Assembly (NCBI RefSeq): GCF_009914755.1
Contig: NC_060931.1
From: the human T2T-CHM13v2.0 reference genome, Homo sapiens
Strand: one strand, 5' to 3'
DNA: 64,000 bases
Part shown: positions 28,011 to 52,347 of the stretch, in pieces
Numbering within the stretch: the first letter of the stretch is position 1
Layout of the letters: each line of letters opens with the position of its first letter
Notes under the pieces: generated by a model
The model's database searches: none
Told to the model about the DNA's origin: nothing
Seen by the model: the letters and a program-made list of their open reading frames with translations, nothing else
Program-made: the position numbers and the translations under genes

Positions 28011-29888
28011 TTGGGGTGTGGTTTTATGTGGCCATAGATGACTGAGATGGGTGAGAAGCGGGACCTAGGGGAATATACAGGGCAGGGGGATCCGACAGGG
28101 GGACAGGAGGGCAGACAGCTCCTGGAAGGCCTGGGAAAGAGATATCAGGGCTGGACCCTGGAGAAGTGAGGCTTTGAGGGAGGGGAGGAGATGGGGCCTG
28201 GCGGGGTACGGGCGCTGCTCCTAGGTCTGAGGGCATCGGCGGTCTGAGAGCTTGCGGGAGGGAGGGCTGCCTCCCGGTGCTCGGTGCCCTGGCTCTCCTC
28301 CTTGCTGCTGGCTGGCCTCCTCCTCCTCATGCATCTGTGTGTCCTGGAACACAGGGCACTGTCCCTCTGCCTGTCCAGAAAAGCACGTGCTCCTTGGGGC
28401 CTGGCCTGCTCAGCCCTATGTCCCACCCGCTCCCTGCTGCTATTCCCAGGCCTTCGGGCCTCACTGCCTGGGGTGGCCGTGCTCAGCCCCACCCTGTGGT
28501 GCCATGGCCTCCCCACCCCTGCCCCGAACTGCCCCTGGGACCAGTTCCTTCAGCTCCCAGGACAGGGCCTGGCCATCCCTGTGGATTCTCCCTGTTCGTG
28601 GACCCCCATTGGTGCCCAGTCTCCTTGGACTGTCTTCTGAGCCTCTCTCAGATGTACCCCCAACTGTACCCTTTCACCCAGAGGCCATTTGGCAGCGTCC
28701 TCCAGGACTCCTGCCGTGGGGGAAGTCTCCACCAAGGCCAACGCGTGACTGCATCCCGAGGAGCTGATTTAAGATCTGGTTCTCAGGAACACCTGGAACT
28801 GGCCAGTCAGCATCCCCGGCCCTGCGGTCTGCACTTGGACAAGGGTCAGGCAATGAGGATGAGCAGCAGGCGGGGCTTCTCCTGGAAGCCTTCCCAGCCT
28901 CCTGGGCCACTCCAGTGGGTCCCCTCCACAGACTCAGCCTGTTCCCTGCCACCTGGTGCCGGTTTCTCTGTGGCACCTACTAGGGGCCGAGTGCCCCGGG
29001 ACTGCCCAGCTGAGCAGCGCCGTCCAGGTCTGCACCCAGCTACACTCAGGGCACGTGCACAGGTGAGCAGCCGGGCACGCAGGCACCTGCCAGGTGTGGG
29101 TGTGGACTAGGTGCTCCCGGGGGTCCCAGGTGGGGCTGACAGTCTCAGATGACCCTGAGAGGTTGGTCTGGTCAAAGGATTAGGCTTTTATCCGCAAGAA
29201 ATCACTGGAAACGTGGGAAGGGACAGCACAGCTCTGTGGGACGGCGCAACCACCACCATCACAGCCGCTCTGCCCTCCCTGCCGTCCTCGGCCAAGCACT
29301 TTTCCTGTCTCCCCTCCCCAGTTCTCACAGCCCGAGGAAGATGCTGCGGCGATTCCCACTTTACGGCTAATGCCAGGCCCAGGTATGCCATACCGCTGTC
29401 AGGGCTCTCACCACCCCACCTTGGGTGACTCACACCCAGCAAGATGGGGAGCGTGGGACCTGACTCAGAAGCTGGTGCTCACCTGAGTCCCTCTCCTGCG
29501 GGTTTAACTGGCACCTTCTCCTGGGGAGAAGCAAAGCCAGAGGTCCTGGGCCGTCTCCTCCAGACATGTGTGCAGACGAAGGGACAGGAAGCGACGATGA
29601 GTGGAACTGATGATTGGACTTCATCCTGACCAAGAGGCACACACAGCCAGTGACTGCAGAAGTGACCACGTCCCCCCGCAGGGGTCCTGAGAACAGAGCT
29701 CGTGGCCTGGCCTGCGTTAGCTTCACACCAGCCTAGATGACTGCAAGAAATTCAAAGAGAAGGCAGATGGAACGTGCTGTGAGAGGTTCTCAAAGGCAAA
29801 GAGCTAATTAAAAAGTCTGTTTCAGAAGCACTTGCTCCTGTCTTGTAAATGCTCCAGAAAGGAAAAGCAGAATGCAAACCTTCATGTC

Positions 29889-32818
<2,930 letters not shown>

Positions 32819-33596
32819 AAAACCACATTTAGAAGCTGGGAATGTGGGTAACCTTTTGGGGGATGTAACTTTTCTCTTGAAGCTTTTAGTATACTTTTTC
32901 TCAGACATGAGAAAGACAGGTAATTGTTCCATAGAAAGTTGCATACGGCAGGAGACCCTGTTTTATTAAAGCGAGCTGTAGTCCATCTGCATTTGGAGTT
33001 CACAGCTTCCCCTGTGCCCAGGGCCCCCTTCAGATCTAGGGTCCAGATTCCTGCCTGGCCTGGTACATGGCAGGAAGGACTCCGGAGGAGAAGAGGCTGT
33101 GCCAACAGCGAGGGTAGCAGGGCCCTGGCACTGCAGTGTCTCACCAGTCAGGGAAGGGACTCAAATGCCATGGCCTCTCAGCCCAGGCACTTCCTGTCCT
33201 TGGAACCTTGTCCCCTCCTCAGCTGGGCGAGGCTTCTCCTGGTTTACTTGACCTTTAGGTGGGCAGACTGGGGAAGGGGCCTGCAAAAGAAACCGACTGC
33301 ACCTTTCTTGCAGGGGATTCTGTGCCAAAAACAGATAGACCCTTTGTGCCCAATGTGGGCCTTGGTAGCCGCCCTAGCGGGATTTGCCTAGCAGATCACC
33401 TGATCTTCCTCCCTGGCAGGGGAGTGGTGGGGATCTTACTACTGGGCCTTCCGGGCCTGCTCCTGCCAGGACCCAGTCGGGGAGGTGAGGATGCTGGTTT
33501 AGACCCAATCACTTGGACGAATCTGTCGGCGGCCCCTGTAACTTGCCGGATGGCGGGGTGGAGAGACGAAGCTGGAGGGAGCAGAGCGCACAAACA

Positions 33597-33602
33597 TTTA
33601 TT
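33597..33602 (-). terminator. RNF216: RNF216 polyadenylation signal AATAAA
   Basis: TTTATT on +. Several TGTA motifs lie upstream on the minus strand and tgtttgtg lies just downstream. Confidence 0.8.
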
Positions 33603-34647
33603 TACAAAAGTCCCAGTTACATATGATACAGGCTTTTTACACACAGTAGTTGAAACGGAATTATTTTATCTATTTTTACTACCAGAAGGTAAAGAAAAAG
33701 TTTAATGAACTAATCGTTTCTTGTTTTTATACAAAGTGACAGATCATGCACATTTTTTTCAGTTTTTAAATATTTTGCTAAGTGCAAATACTAGATTCCT
33801 CTCTCCAGTTTTAAGGCAAGTAAGAGGGGGCTGTGGCTGGGGAGCCTCACGCCCTGCGGCAAGCCCTGCAGGGCAGAGAGAGGGAGCCAGCTGCCTCAGG
33901 GTTGCCTGTTGTCTGACCTGCTCTCTGGGCACTGGCACGGCCCCTTGCTGGCTGGTCTGAAGACCCCCAGTGCTTCTCTCCCCAATGCTGTCACTGGTCC
34001 AGGCAGGAGCCCGAGGTTCAGGCCCTGCCTCTGGACAGAGGGGCCTGGAGAACCAGGGTGGGTGCTCACGGCAGCCCTGTGGTCCCCCGTGCCTGGCTCG
34101 GGGAGGATCCTCAGGAATCAGGGACCCTCCAAGGAAAGAGGCCGCCGCTCCTTCCCCACCAGCCCAGTGTGGCCAGAACAGCTGGAACTCCTCTCAAATG
34201 ACCCACCCCTGGGGTTTGGCCTTAGGAGAAACATCACTCTGGGCTCCCCCTCCCCTGCCAGGGTTGAGGCCAGCACCTGTCTAGGGCTGTTTCTGCAGCT
34301 GCTGCCTGCTCCCTTTGTCCTGCCTGGGGCTCTTGCTGGAGCCACGTGCCTAGGGTACAGGGCAGAGGGAGCTGAGGCTCCCAGGGCCTGAGGTCACCTC
34401 TTCAGCTGTGATGTCTACAGCCGCCCTCTGCTCCCAGAGATCCTCCCTGGGGAAGCACAGGGAGCATATTTAAGGTACCGAAGACAATCCTGTTGCTGCC
34501 GCATGGAGCCTGCCTTTCCAAGGCACTGTCGTTCAGGCTAGTAGCAAAGTTCAGGCAGTCCAACAGGTATGGGCGCCAGCAAGGACATAGCAGCAGGCTG
34601 CCCCCAAGCCCGGCCTCCCTGCGCACCCTTACCCCAGGTCCAGGTGA

Positions 34648-34982
<335 letters not shown>

Positions 34983-36391
34983 ATCTTAGATCTTAGAGCC
35001 CACTTTAGTCCTTGAAATACATCTGAGAAGCCAATGGCAGCGAATGACGGTGCCCGCCTGCCCCAGGCACCTTGGGTGGGCCAGGCCCTGCTTCAGGAGG
35101 TGGCGGGCCACTCCGGAGACTGATGCAGCCCCACCCCAATGGTTGTCGGACTCAGCTGTGTCTGAGGTCTGTGAACTCCCAGCCTCTCAGAACCCCATGG
35201 CAACACGACAAGGACAAGGCAGGGCATGAGGAGGAGGAGAAAGTGATGCCTGTGGCCAGGAAGGCTTCAGACCTCTCATCTGTCAATGGGCCAGAGTGAT
35301 GCCTCAGGCACCGCTAGAAACCCAGGGCCGGACAGGAGGCGAGGAGGGTGAGTGGGGACATGGCAGGGCTGAGCTGATGCTCAGCTGACTCCATGAGAAG
35401 GGAAGTGACCTTCACATGGGGGATACTGGACAGCACCCTCTACCTGCCTTCAGCAACCACTGAGAACACCCGGGGCACACACGGGGCAGGGGTGGCACCC
35501 AGGGTCACCTGTCTCCCTAAGGAGGCCCACTCCTCCCCCAGAAAGCCAGGGGGGAAAAGCTGCTCATCACCCAGGGTGGCAGAAACGTCTCCCCCAGCAG
35601 TTGGGCTGCCCAGCAGGGCCACCAGGCCTCTGTCCCAGCTGCCTTAAGAGGCTCTTTCAATGGGCCAGCTTCAGAACCATCCAGTGTACCGCAGCGGCCT
35701 GGCCTGGGAAAGGATTTCTCAGCCTGACTTTCCAGAGACCGAGGATGAGAAAGTTAGGCGGCAACAGAACAAAACCCCCGCCGCGAGATGGGTCTGCTGC
35801 TGCCTCATCTGAGTAGGTGTAAGAGGGGAGGAGAGGTGCCCTCAACACTCACTGCAGTGGCGCACGGGTTTTGGATGGGGGGACAGCATCTTGGCCCTCA
35901 CAGCTGTGGCAGTGCCTCTGCGGGCCATGGTCCCAGCCCCCCACCCTGAGCAATGCTTCCCAGGCCCGCAGGTGCAGCCCCCTCTGCCCTTGGCCCAACC
36001 GTGGGCCCCTCCAGGGAGATGCTCTCGGCTGCCTTGCTACCCAGGGGTCGGCTCCGAGGAGAGGCCCAGGTGTGAGCAGCAGGGACCTGGTCTATGGCCT
36101 ATGCCATGGACAAGGCAGAAGGACTGCCGTTGGTGGCCTGGGGGATGCGAGGGGAGGGGCAGTTCACATCGCAGCTCTCTCCGAACTCCACCATTTGGGA
36201 CGTCTTTATTATGGATCCGTCCACTCTTCCAGGAGCAGTAGCCCTTCTAGGAAAGGGGTGGGAAGAAAACCAGCCTACCCTTCAAGCTGACTTAGGATGC
36301 AATGGTACAGACACCAGCCTTGGGGGAGGGTTCTCCATCCACACTCCTACCCCAAACGGGCTTTGTGCTGCTCAATGGGGATTCGGGGCCA

Positions 36392-36745
<354 letters not shown>

Positions 36746-36997
36746 TTAAACCAACCTCAATGGAATCTAGCCTGGGACCAGGGCAGCGACCTCTGGACAC
36801 GGGAGTGGCTCCACATGCTGATCAAAGCACAAAACGTGGACACCTCCCAAATGCCACTGCAAGAAACCAAGAACAAATCTGTACTTCCACCAGTGTCTTG
36901 CTCCACAGTGGCACCTTGGAAGGTGGCACGTCCACCCACCCAGCCAGACATCCTTCAGAGCCAGGGCCTTGATGGGCCACCTCAGTGACTCAGTTAC

Positions 36998-37265
36998 TTT
37001 TTTTTTTTTTTTTAATAGATGGGGTTTTGCCATGTTGCCCGGGCTGGTCTCAAACTCCTGGGCTCAACTGATCCACCTGCCTCACCCTCCCGAGTGCTGG
37101 GATTGCAGATGTGAGCCACTGCACTTAGCCTCTTTTTTTTAAAGAAAAACAGATGGGGTCTTGCTATTTTGCCCAGGCTAGCCCCAACCTCCTGGGATCC
37201 AGTGATGCTCCCACCTCTGCCTCCTGAGGAGCTGGGATCGCAGATGTGTGCCAACACACCTGGCT
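36998..37265 (-). mobile_element. Two Alu left-monomer (FLAM-like) copies in the RNF216 last intron
   Basis: Two consecutive antisense left-arm segments. Confidence 0.85.
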
Positions 37266-37587
37266 TCACTGCTTTTCAGCCTCAGAAGGATCAGCTGGGT
37301 CTACTTTTCTTTAGCCAGGTGTGGCTTGATTGATTCCTGAGCTCAAACCCACCCCTTGGGACTTCCTCACCATCAAGGAGATGCCAAAACTATATTCAAG
37401 GCGTTGAAGGCCTTTCCATAAGCCTGAGATGTGGCCGCGTGGGTGAAGTCAGGTCTATAGCCACCTGAGGGACAGCACCCCCTCCTCTCCTGTGCTGGGT
37501 TGAGTGCCAGGACACTCAGGGAGGCCAGCAGAAGCCTGCATGGCCTGGCTGCTGCTCTGTCCTGGGGGCCTGGGGAGGGGCACTTGC

Positions 37588-37657
37588 CTCCATTCTTTCT
37601 TTTCTGTTCCTCTTCAGCCTCCTTCTGGATTTCCTCAATAAGCTTCTCATCATCTTC
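37588..37657 (-). CDS. RNF216: RNF216 penultimate exon (70 nt), charged helix after RING2, ending at a GC donor
   Basis: Minus strand ttttag|GAAGATGATGAG... encodes EDDEKLIEEIQKEAEEEQKRKNG plus 1 nt. Donor GAG|GCAAGT. Phases 0 in and 1 out match both neighbours. Confidence 0.95.
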
Positions 37658-39419
37658 CTAAAACGCAAGCAATGAGAAGGATGAACCTGTAGCTTCATGC
37701 AGTGCTGAGGCCCCGTGGGACAGTGAGGAGGCCGCTTGTTGCTTATGGCCATGGAACAAGCCCGAAGCCTGCTGCTGGCCAGTGGGGCCTGGGCTGCACA
37801 CCGTTCCTTCCTATTTCCCCGAAGGCCTCCTTCCTTCATCAGCCTGATGGCGTTCCACAAGGAGGCCATCCACAAGGCTGGGCAGAGGGGTCTGAGCATG
37901 GCAGGCAGCTGCCTGGTGAGGTGGGGGGATGGAGGGCCTCCATGCACTGAGCTGCGTGCAAGTGGTGGATATGAGAAGGGTTTGGAGAGGGCTGGGTCTG
38001 AGTGGGCACAGCCTGAAAAGTTTCAGATCCCAAGTCCACAAGCGCTCGGCATGGCAGCCTGTCTGCAGAGCCTGGAAAAGTCTTGCAGATGTCCTCAACT
38101 GAGATGGACAAATGTCCAGTCGGGCCCTGCTTAGCCCCCAAGGCTGGCCTTGGCTCCTGGGCCAGGCCTCGGGGAGAGGAGGAAGGTGCGACAGTGAGGA
38201 TGGTCCCCCTCGGACCTTGCCGTCTCTTCTCCCAAACCCCATGCTTGGTAGGCCTGAAATAACAAACACAATTCACACTTGGGTTATCCAAGCCTCAGAC
38301 ACGAACCGAAGAGGCACTGTGAGTGCAGGCAGATGTGGGAGCTGTGCTGGGAAACTCAGGGGCCACACTGGGCAAGCCCCAGAGGTTGGGTTTTTGCCAC
38401 ATGCAGCTCCCACACCCCCACCTGCCAGCAGACACCATGGTGGGAGGACCGGGCTGCTGCCTCAGGACAGACCACCCGTGATGCCTGCTTCATGAGTGGC
38501 GCTTACCTTAACCCCCCTCCTCAGTGACCCACAAAACAGCTGTGCAGTTTGTGGGACTGAAAGACGATTAACTGGATTGAAAAAACCCGCCAAGTGGGTG
38601 CCCATCTTTCCTGGCTGGCTGCAGGGCCAAGGGGCTAAGGTGTGGGCCCGAGGGGGCTGAGGCTCACAAGCAGCAGAGTGGCAACACCGTGGCAAACCCA
38701 AACACGCCAACTGCCGGCTCAGCAAGCAGGAAAGAGATAGCTGACTATAGGAGGGCTCTGTTCCCTGAGGTCCTCCAGGAGTTGAGAGCAGCCGAGCTGG
38801 GGAGAAGGATGGGGAGGGATGGTGGTCCCTGATATCGTGAGAGGATTAGCAAGTCCCAACAATGCAAGCAGTCTAATGAAAGCACATTTATTTTCCTAGA
38901 CACGGCGTCAGAGCCTAAATATCTGGCCAATTTCTTTGCTGTGGGTTGGAATATTAATAATGATCAGTTTGGATTTTTTCATGCCGATCTGATGACACCC
39001 AGAGCAGCAACTGGAAGGAAGACAATCCTTGGCCCAGTAGAAGATGGGCAGCCCCATCGAGGGCTAACCAACGGACAGTTTGCAGGTTTACTTACTAGGT
39101 TATTAATGTCACAGCCAAGACAGAAATGAGTGATTTCCCCACACAATTGTTTGTGAACCGCAAGGATTCTGGAGTTAGGAATTTCCTTCACTAAACGTGC
39201 ACTGCATGCCTACTCTGTGCTAGACACTGTTCTAAGTTTGCTGATTAAACTTCAGATCAACAATGAAACAGAAAGGCAGATGGACTGAGTAAGTAATTAG
39301 ATAACACATTCCCTTGGTTTGGTAGATGAAAGATTCTTAGAATAAACTCCCTGGAGATTGGTTCTATCTGCAACAGTGGATGACACTATTAAATTCTCCT
39401 ACATTCTCTAGGCCTCAGA

Positions 39420-39780
39420 TGCCAAGTGATGGGTTTGGACTAAAAGGTCTCATAAGCTTCTTTCCAACTCTGACACTTGGACATTCTTAAGATACTCAAG
39501 TCTGTTTTCAGCAAAAGGAGCCTCCTTGCTGCTGCCTGGCCACGTGTTCTGAGCAAGGCATGAAGAGAGGAGAGGTGACAAAGGTCAAGTTCCCATCATG
39601 CATTTCAAGAGTTGCAAAGTGCCCAAGCACACCACAGAATCCTATGTCTGGAAGGAATCCTGAGGGAGCTGTCTCTCTCCAGGGTTAACACATAAGAATT
39701 CTCTATCAAAACCCCCAGATGAGGTCATCTAGCCTCTTTGTGAACACTCCACAAGGGGGAACTTACTACCTTCAACATAA
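39420..39780 (+). mobile_element. CR1/L3- or MIR3-like ancient fragments
   Basis: gggtttggactaaaaggtctc..ttccaactctgaca and ggtcatctagcctctttgtgaacactcc..gaacttactacc resemble L3/CR1 3' ends. Recognised by eye. Confidence 0.45.
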
Positions 39781-40017
39781 TCACTAAGTGAGTCAACATG
39801 AAGGACTGCAGTAACTCAAGAGGGTTGGGTGGGCAGTTTGAAGGCCTCCATGTGAATATCAAGGTAGATGCTATCAACTCTCTAGACTGGGAGCTGGCAA
39901 GCCTCTTCATTTTGGAGCCAGTGGCAGGCCTAAGAAAAAAGACTAAAAAAAAAAAAAAGAAAAAAAGAAATGAACCAAAAAACCCCAACAAATTAAGCGA
40001 ACTGATCCAGAAAACTG

Positions 40018-47140
<7,123 letters not shown>

Positions 47141-50100
47141 AAATAAGCGGATTGCATTTTAACAGGGAGGGAGATTTGTTTCCTTTCCTTGAATTCCTTT
47201 GAGCTCAGCAGGGCGCAGAAAGAACTCAGCCTGACACAGAAGACTCTGGCTTGCTGCCTGCTGCATGCAGGTAGGGTGGGTGGGAGGAAGACGCAGCAAG
47301 AGCTTGTGGGGATGGCAAGCACCCGGCCTTTCCAGAAACGTGCTGCACTTGAAGACGGCAAGTGAGGTAGAATTTACCAGAGAGGTTTTAATTAAGAAGA
47401 GAGAAACAAAACATACACAAACATCCTCCCTTAGCTTGTCCCTCCACAAATATGCCCCACAGTTCTGTCCACGCAGCAGGGTATAGACAGGAGAAAACGA
47501 AGAAAGAGAAACTATGAGTGATTAAAAAGGGGAAAAGATTCAATTTATTTTCACAAATCAGATATGAACAGTAATCAGCAGCCACAGGCTGACTGTTCCC
47601 AAAATAACCATTTGAGCGCTTGGCACAAAACTATTTTTGCCAAAGCCTTTACGGTCCTTTTGAGACTTTTTTTCCAACACTTCTGGTCCCCAGGGCTGGC
47701 TGTCCACGTGCCTGCTGGCCAGCCTCCTGTGACCATGGGGGAAGAACGGGTGGCTTTTCTTCTTCATTGCACTTTTCCTCCCCTTAGAAAGCTGACTGGG
47801 AATTGCAAGTCGACTGGTGCTTCCCCTCTGAGATTCTGGGGGTGGGTTGGGGCTGGGATCCAGGTCATGTGTGGCCACAGCTGTTGTTAATAAACTTGCA
47901 ATGATTTCATGAGAGGCTTCCAAAGAGCTTAAGATTTAGTTTCAAATTATTCCCAGATTAGCCACAGATCGCCTGAGCAACGGCAGACCCTTAGCCCCCA
48001 CCCCTTGCTGTCCCCAGCAACAGGAAGTTGGGGGAGGGAGCAGCAGAGCTTGGAGTGGCACATGCTGCGCAGCTGTGGCTGGGAAGGGCAGGGAGGCAGG
48101 ACAGTGTGCTGGGGAGGAGCAGAGACTTCACGGGCTCAGGGCTGGCCCTGGCTTCTGCAGCCACCTCCTCAGGTCAGACAAGCCCAGCACCCAAATACCA
48201 CTATCTGGAGCACTTCCCCCACAAGGACCTGGAGATGGGGGCAGAATGTGGCCATGTTTTGCGTCCCGTCAGGGTCAAGTGCTCACCCAGGGGCCTGGTG
48301 GGATCTGCTGAAGACATGTAGCAACAAGCACCAACAGGCCGTGTGTACTGGACTGTGCTGCCCTGCTTGGGAAAGCCCTCAGTGACATCGAAACCCTGTC
48401 TGGGACACTGCTGGGGTAGCAAAACTGCCAGGGCCCCTTTCTACTATTTGCAGCTTCATTCATCCATGGGGAAAGAGTCTGGCGAGGTCCCCACCCCTCT
48501 GCAAGGGCTACCTGGTTCATGGGGCTCAGGGACCCTATGGGCACCTAACGACCATGTATTTGTGGCAGGAGCCAGACACTGGTTGGAAGACCTGGGCTCA
48601 CATCCTGGTCTCACCAAGCTAGGGATCCTGGGCTAGTGACCTACACATCATCTCCCTCATCTGCAAAATAGGAAAGCACTGCCTCCCAGTCCCATGCAGT
48701 AAAAATCACACTGCATAGCACGCTCACATGGTGTTGGCTGTGTGGCTATTAAGAGGAAGATGAAGAAACCGAGGTCAGTTTTGATGACAGATCAATGATC
48801 ACACCCACCCCACTAACTTCACTTTTTTTTTTTTTTTTTTAACACACAATGATATTTATGACAGTGATGAGAAATAACACGCCAAAGCCAGCTGTGGAAG
48901 CTGGGTGATGGGACAATCTGGGGGCTCACTTTACTCTTTTGTAGAATAAATTTTTAAGGTTAAGGAAAAAATTCTGAAGCCAAAAATCAGTTTCCAACCT
49001 AAAAGTCTAAAATACCTTTCCTTACCAGGTTTCTGCGTTTCCTCATCAATCCTCCCTTTCACAGCCTTCCTCCCTAATTCCAACAACATCATGTCCTTTC
49101 CCCTGCCGCTTAAGCCAGGGTCCCAAAGGTCCCCAGGACTTTCTGCATGCCTGATCCACCAGGGAGATGCTGCGCTGGCCTGAGGGGAGAAGGCAGGCCT
49201 GGGAATACTCCGAGGACAAATGACCCGGGTGGAAACCCAGGCTACCATTTACTGGCCACAGTCTTAAGCAAGTAAAACCAGGATGATACATCTGCCTTCG
49301 AGCACTGCTACAGAACTGAATGTATTAACATCTATAAATGTTAGGCTCAGTCCACTGCTGGTTTGGAAAAATGAGTGTCTCTTAACCAAATGGCTAGGCG
49401 ATAATTGTACCAAATTAAACTGGCTGTAAAAGCCCTAGGGTTTTATTTGAACTGGACAGGTTTCAAACTCTTACATTCAAAAGACAAAGACACTGTAGAA
49501 AACAATTCTCTGTAGTTTCTCGTAGCCAAAACCCAAGACAAACACGGACTTTGTTTTGTATTGAAAGAGAACATGCTGTTTTAAGTTTTGCCATACTCTC
49601 AAATCCAGACTGCCAGGTGCCTGTTCCTCTCACAATTTGCTCCCCACCTCAGCTACCACTCCTGTGGCCATGCAAGGACCAGTCAGTATATTCACGTTCA
49701 GTAAAGTTCCAGGATCACTCTTCCCCTACTGCAAAATAACGTCTGTTCACTTATGTGTCAAGAGCTGGCTTTCCACTCTGCTCCCTAATCCAGAAAACTG
49801 TGGTATGCTGTGACTGTTCGCTTCTGGTTTTTTGCTTCCTAAAGAAGACACCTTCTTTATAAGACTCTTAGTTGAATGCTTTTGGCTTCATTTTGATAAC
49901 TAACAGAGAAAGAAAGTTACTGTTCACCACTTGAGCTCTTACTGTGGAGTGGTAGTTCAGGTTCCCAAGCAATCCCTAGTCATTAAGGATGAAAACTCAA
50001 CTTCCCTCCAAAACCATGATGGGACAACTCCCTCGCTGACAAATAAGAGATTCTTCCTGGCCCTGCTGGTTAATTAAGCCAGAGAACAGGCTTGTGTGAC

Positions 50101-52113
50101 AGTGCATGCTTTGTTTCACTGAACTTCTGAATGGCTTTGTGTTCTCAGAAGCCCCAACAGATGCTGGGTTGGAATTCGATCGGTCTCCTGGTGAGAATCA
50201 AGGAAACGGGGCTGATCGCTGTTTTGATGGGAACGGGACAAACGGAACAGAATCTCCGGCTGTGGCTATCAGAGGAAATTGGAGGGATTTGTATTTGCCT
50301 GACCTTCCTTTCAAACTTTATTTTGAGCAAATCTAGAAACTTTCTCAGGTTAGAAGATGACGATCCAACAAGAAAACAACAAGGCAGTGCATGCTATGGC
50401 ACCCAAACAAGGAAAAAGCACATGAGAAACCCACACCATCAATCCCAGGCATGGGAAGCAACGGGAGGAGGCAGCAGAAGACACAGAACGAGGAGGAGAA
50501 GAAAGAAAAAAGTGCTGAGAATAGGCCAGACTGTTAACACCCACCCTCACGCTAACTCCCACTCTGCCCTTTGTCTCTAGAGATGAAATACTGCCTGTGG
50601 AGCTCTTCATAGCTCCAGCTGAAAAAAAAAATCTATTTTTTCAAGATTCATGAAGTTCCTAGAGATGGTTGCCTCCCACTGTGCTAGCTGCCAGGGGGCT
50701 GAGGAGGTGAGTCAGCAGAAGGGCTGTGCCTGGGAATGTCTGTCACACAGGGGCACGGCCTGCCTTGTGAGCACTTCCCACTGTGGGCTGCACCTCCCGA
50801 TCACCCAGCAAAAGAAGGATGACTCGGGCTTGGCTTTCTATGTACAAAAAGCCTCCTTTTCTTCCACACATCTCCTTAGTGACAGGAGGGCAGGCTAGCT
50901 AAGGGTTTCACTGGGTCATAAGCTTTGTAATCTGAGTGATTTTTAGGGGTCTCTTATCCCAGCTTCCCACCCAGTTAGGAGCTTGTTCCGTGATAGAACA
51001 TTCCTGAAATAGAGAACACCTGGTTACCACAGAGGACTCACATCTTTTCAAAACCATGAGTAGCTCTCAGGATTATACATTTCTTTCCCTTTTTTTGAGA
51101 CATGGTCTCACTCTGTCACCCAGGCAGAAGTGTAGTGGCGCAGTCAGGGCTCACTGCATCCCTAACGTCCCGGGCTAAAGCAATCGCCCTGGAAGGAGCT
51201 GGGAACACAGGTGTGCACGCACCACCACCCCTGGATAACTTTGGGATTTTTTGTAGAGATGGAGTTTTGCCATGTTTCCAAAGCTGGTCTTGAACTCCTG
51301 AGACTCAAGAGATCTGCCCGCCTTGGGCTCTCGAAGTGCTGGGATTACAGGCATGAGCCACTGCACCAGGCCAAATTACGCATTTCTTTTTCTTTAAGAT
51401 CAAGTCTTGTTCTGTTGTCCTGGGTGGAGTGCGGTGGCGCGATCTTGGCTCACTGCAATCTCTGCTTCCCAGGTTCAAGTGATTCTTGTGCCTCAGGCTC
51501 CCGAGCAGCTGGGAGGCCCTCCCCGCAACAACCTGTAGTGGCTGCGCAGCAGCCCCCTTGGATGGGCCCCACACCCTCTCCTTTGCCGCAGTCCCCACTA
51601 TGCCTTCCTGCCTCCTAGACCCAGACGTCTGGATGCTCCATCCAGACATCATTTCTGCTACCACCTGCCCCTGTGGTAACTTGGGTCTGTGACCCCAGCA
51701 ATCCATACTGTTTGTTTTCGATGTGAAAATCTTCCTGTTTCTTTTCTTCCATGTTTTAAAGTGTAGATATATATAGAATTACTTTTTGTACAATTCTAAT
51801 GTAAGCATATATAAAATTTGACATATCTCCTGTTTTTTGGGATATTTAAATGGTGTTTCTAAATTTGTACAACTTTAAACAACTCAGTGAACAGTGTTGC
51901 AGACAGAACTTTGTGAACTTGTCCAACTGTCTCCTGCGGATAACCTTTTCTAATTAAGAGGAACTCCCAGATCAAGTACACGCACTACATCTTCGGATCT
52001 GTACACAGTAACTGCCCACTATGCCCAATTACAGTGTAGCAGATGCCAACAAATCTGAAAACTACCTACCAGCAGCCAGGTACTATTTTCATTTCCATTT
52101 ATTTGATTATTAG

Positions 52114-52347
<234 letters not shown>

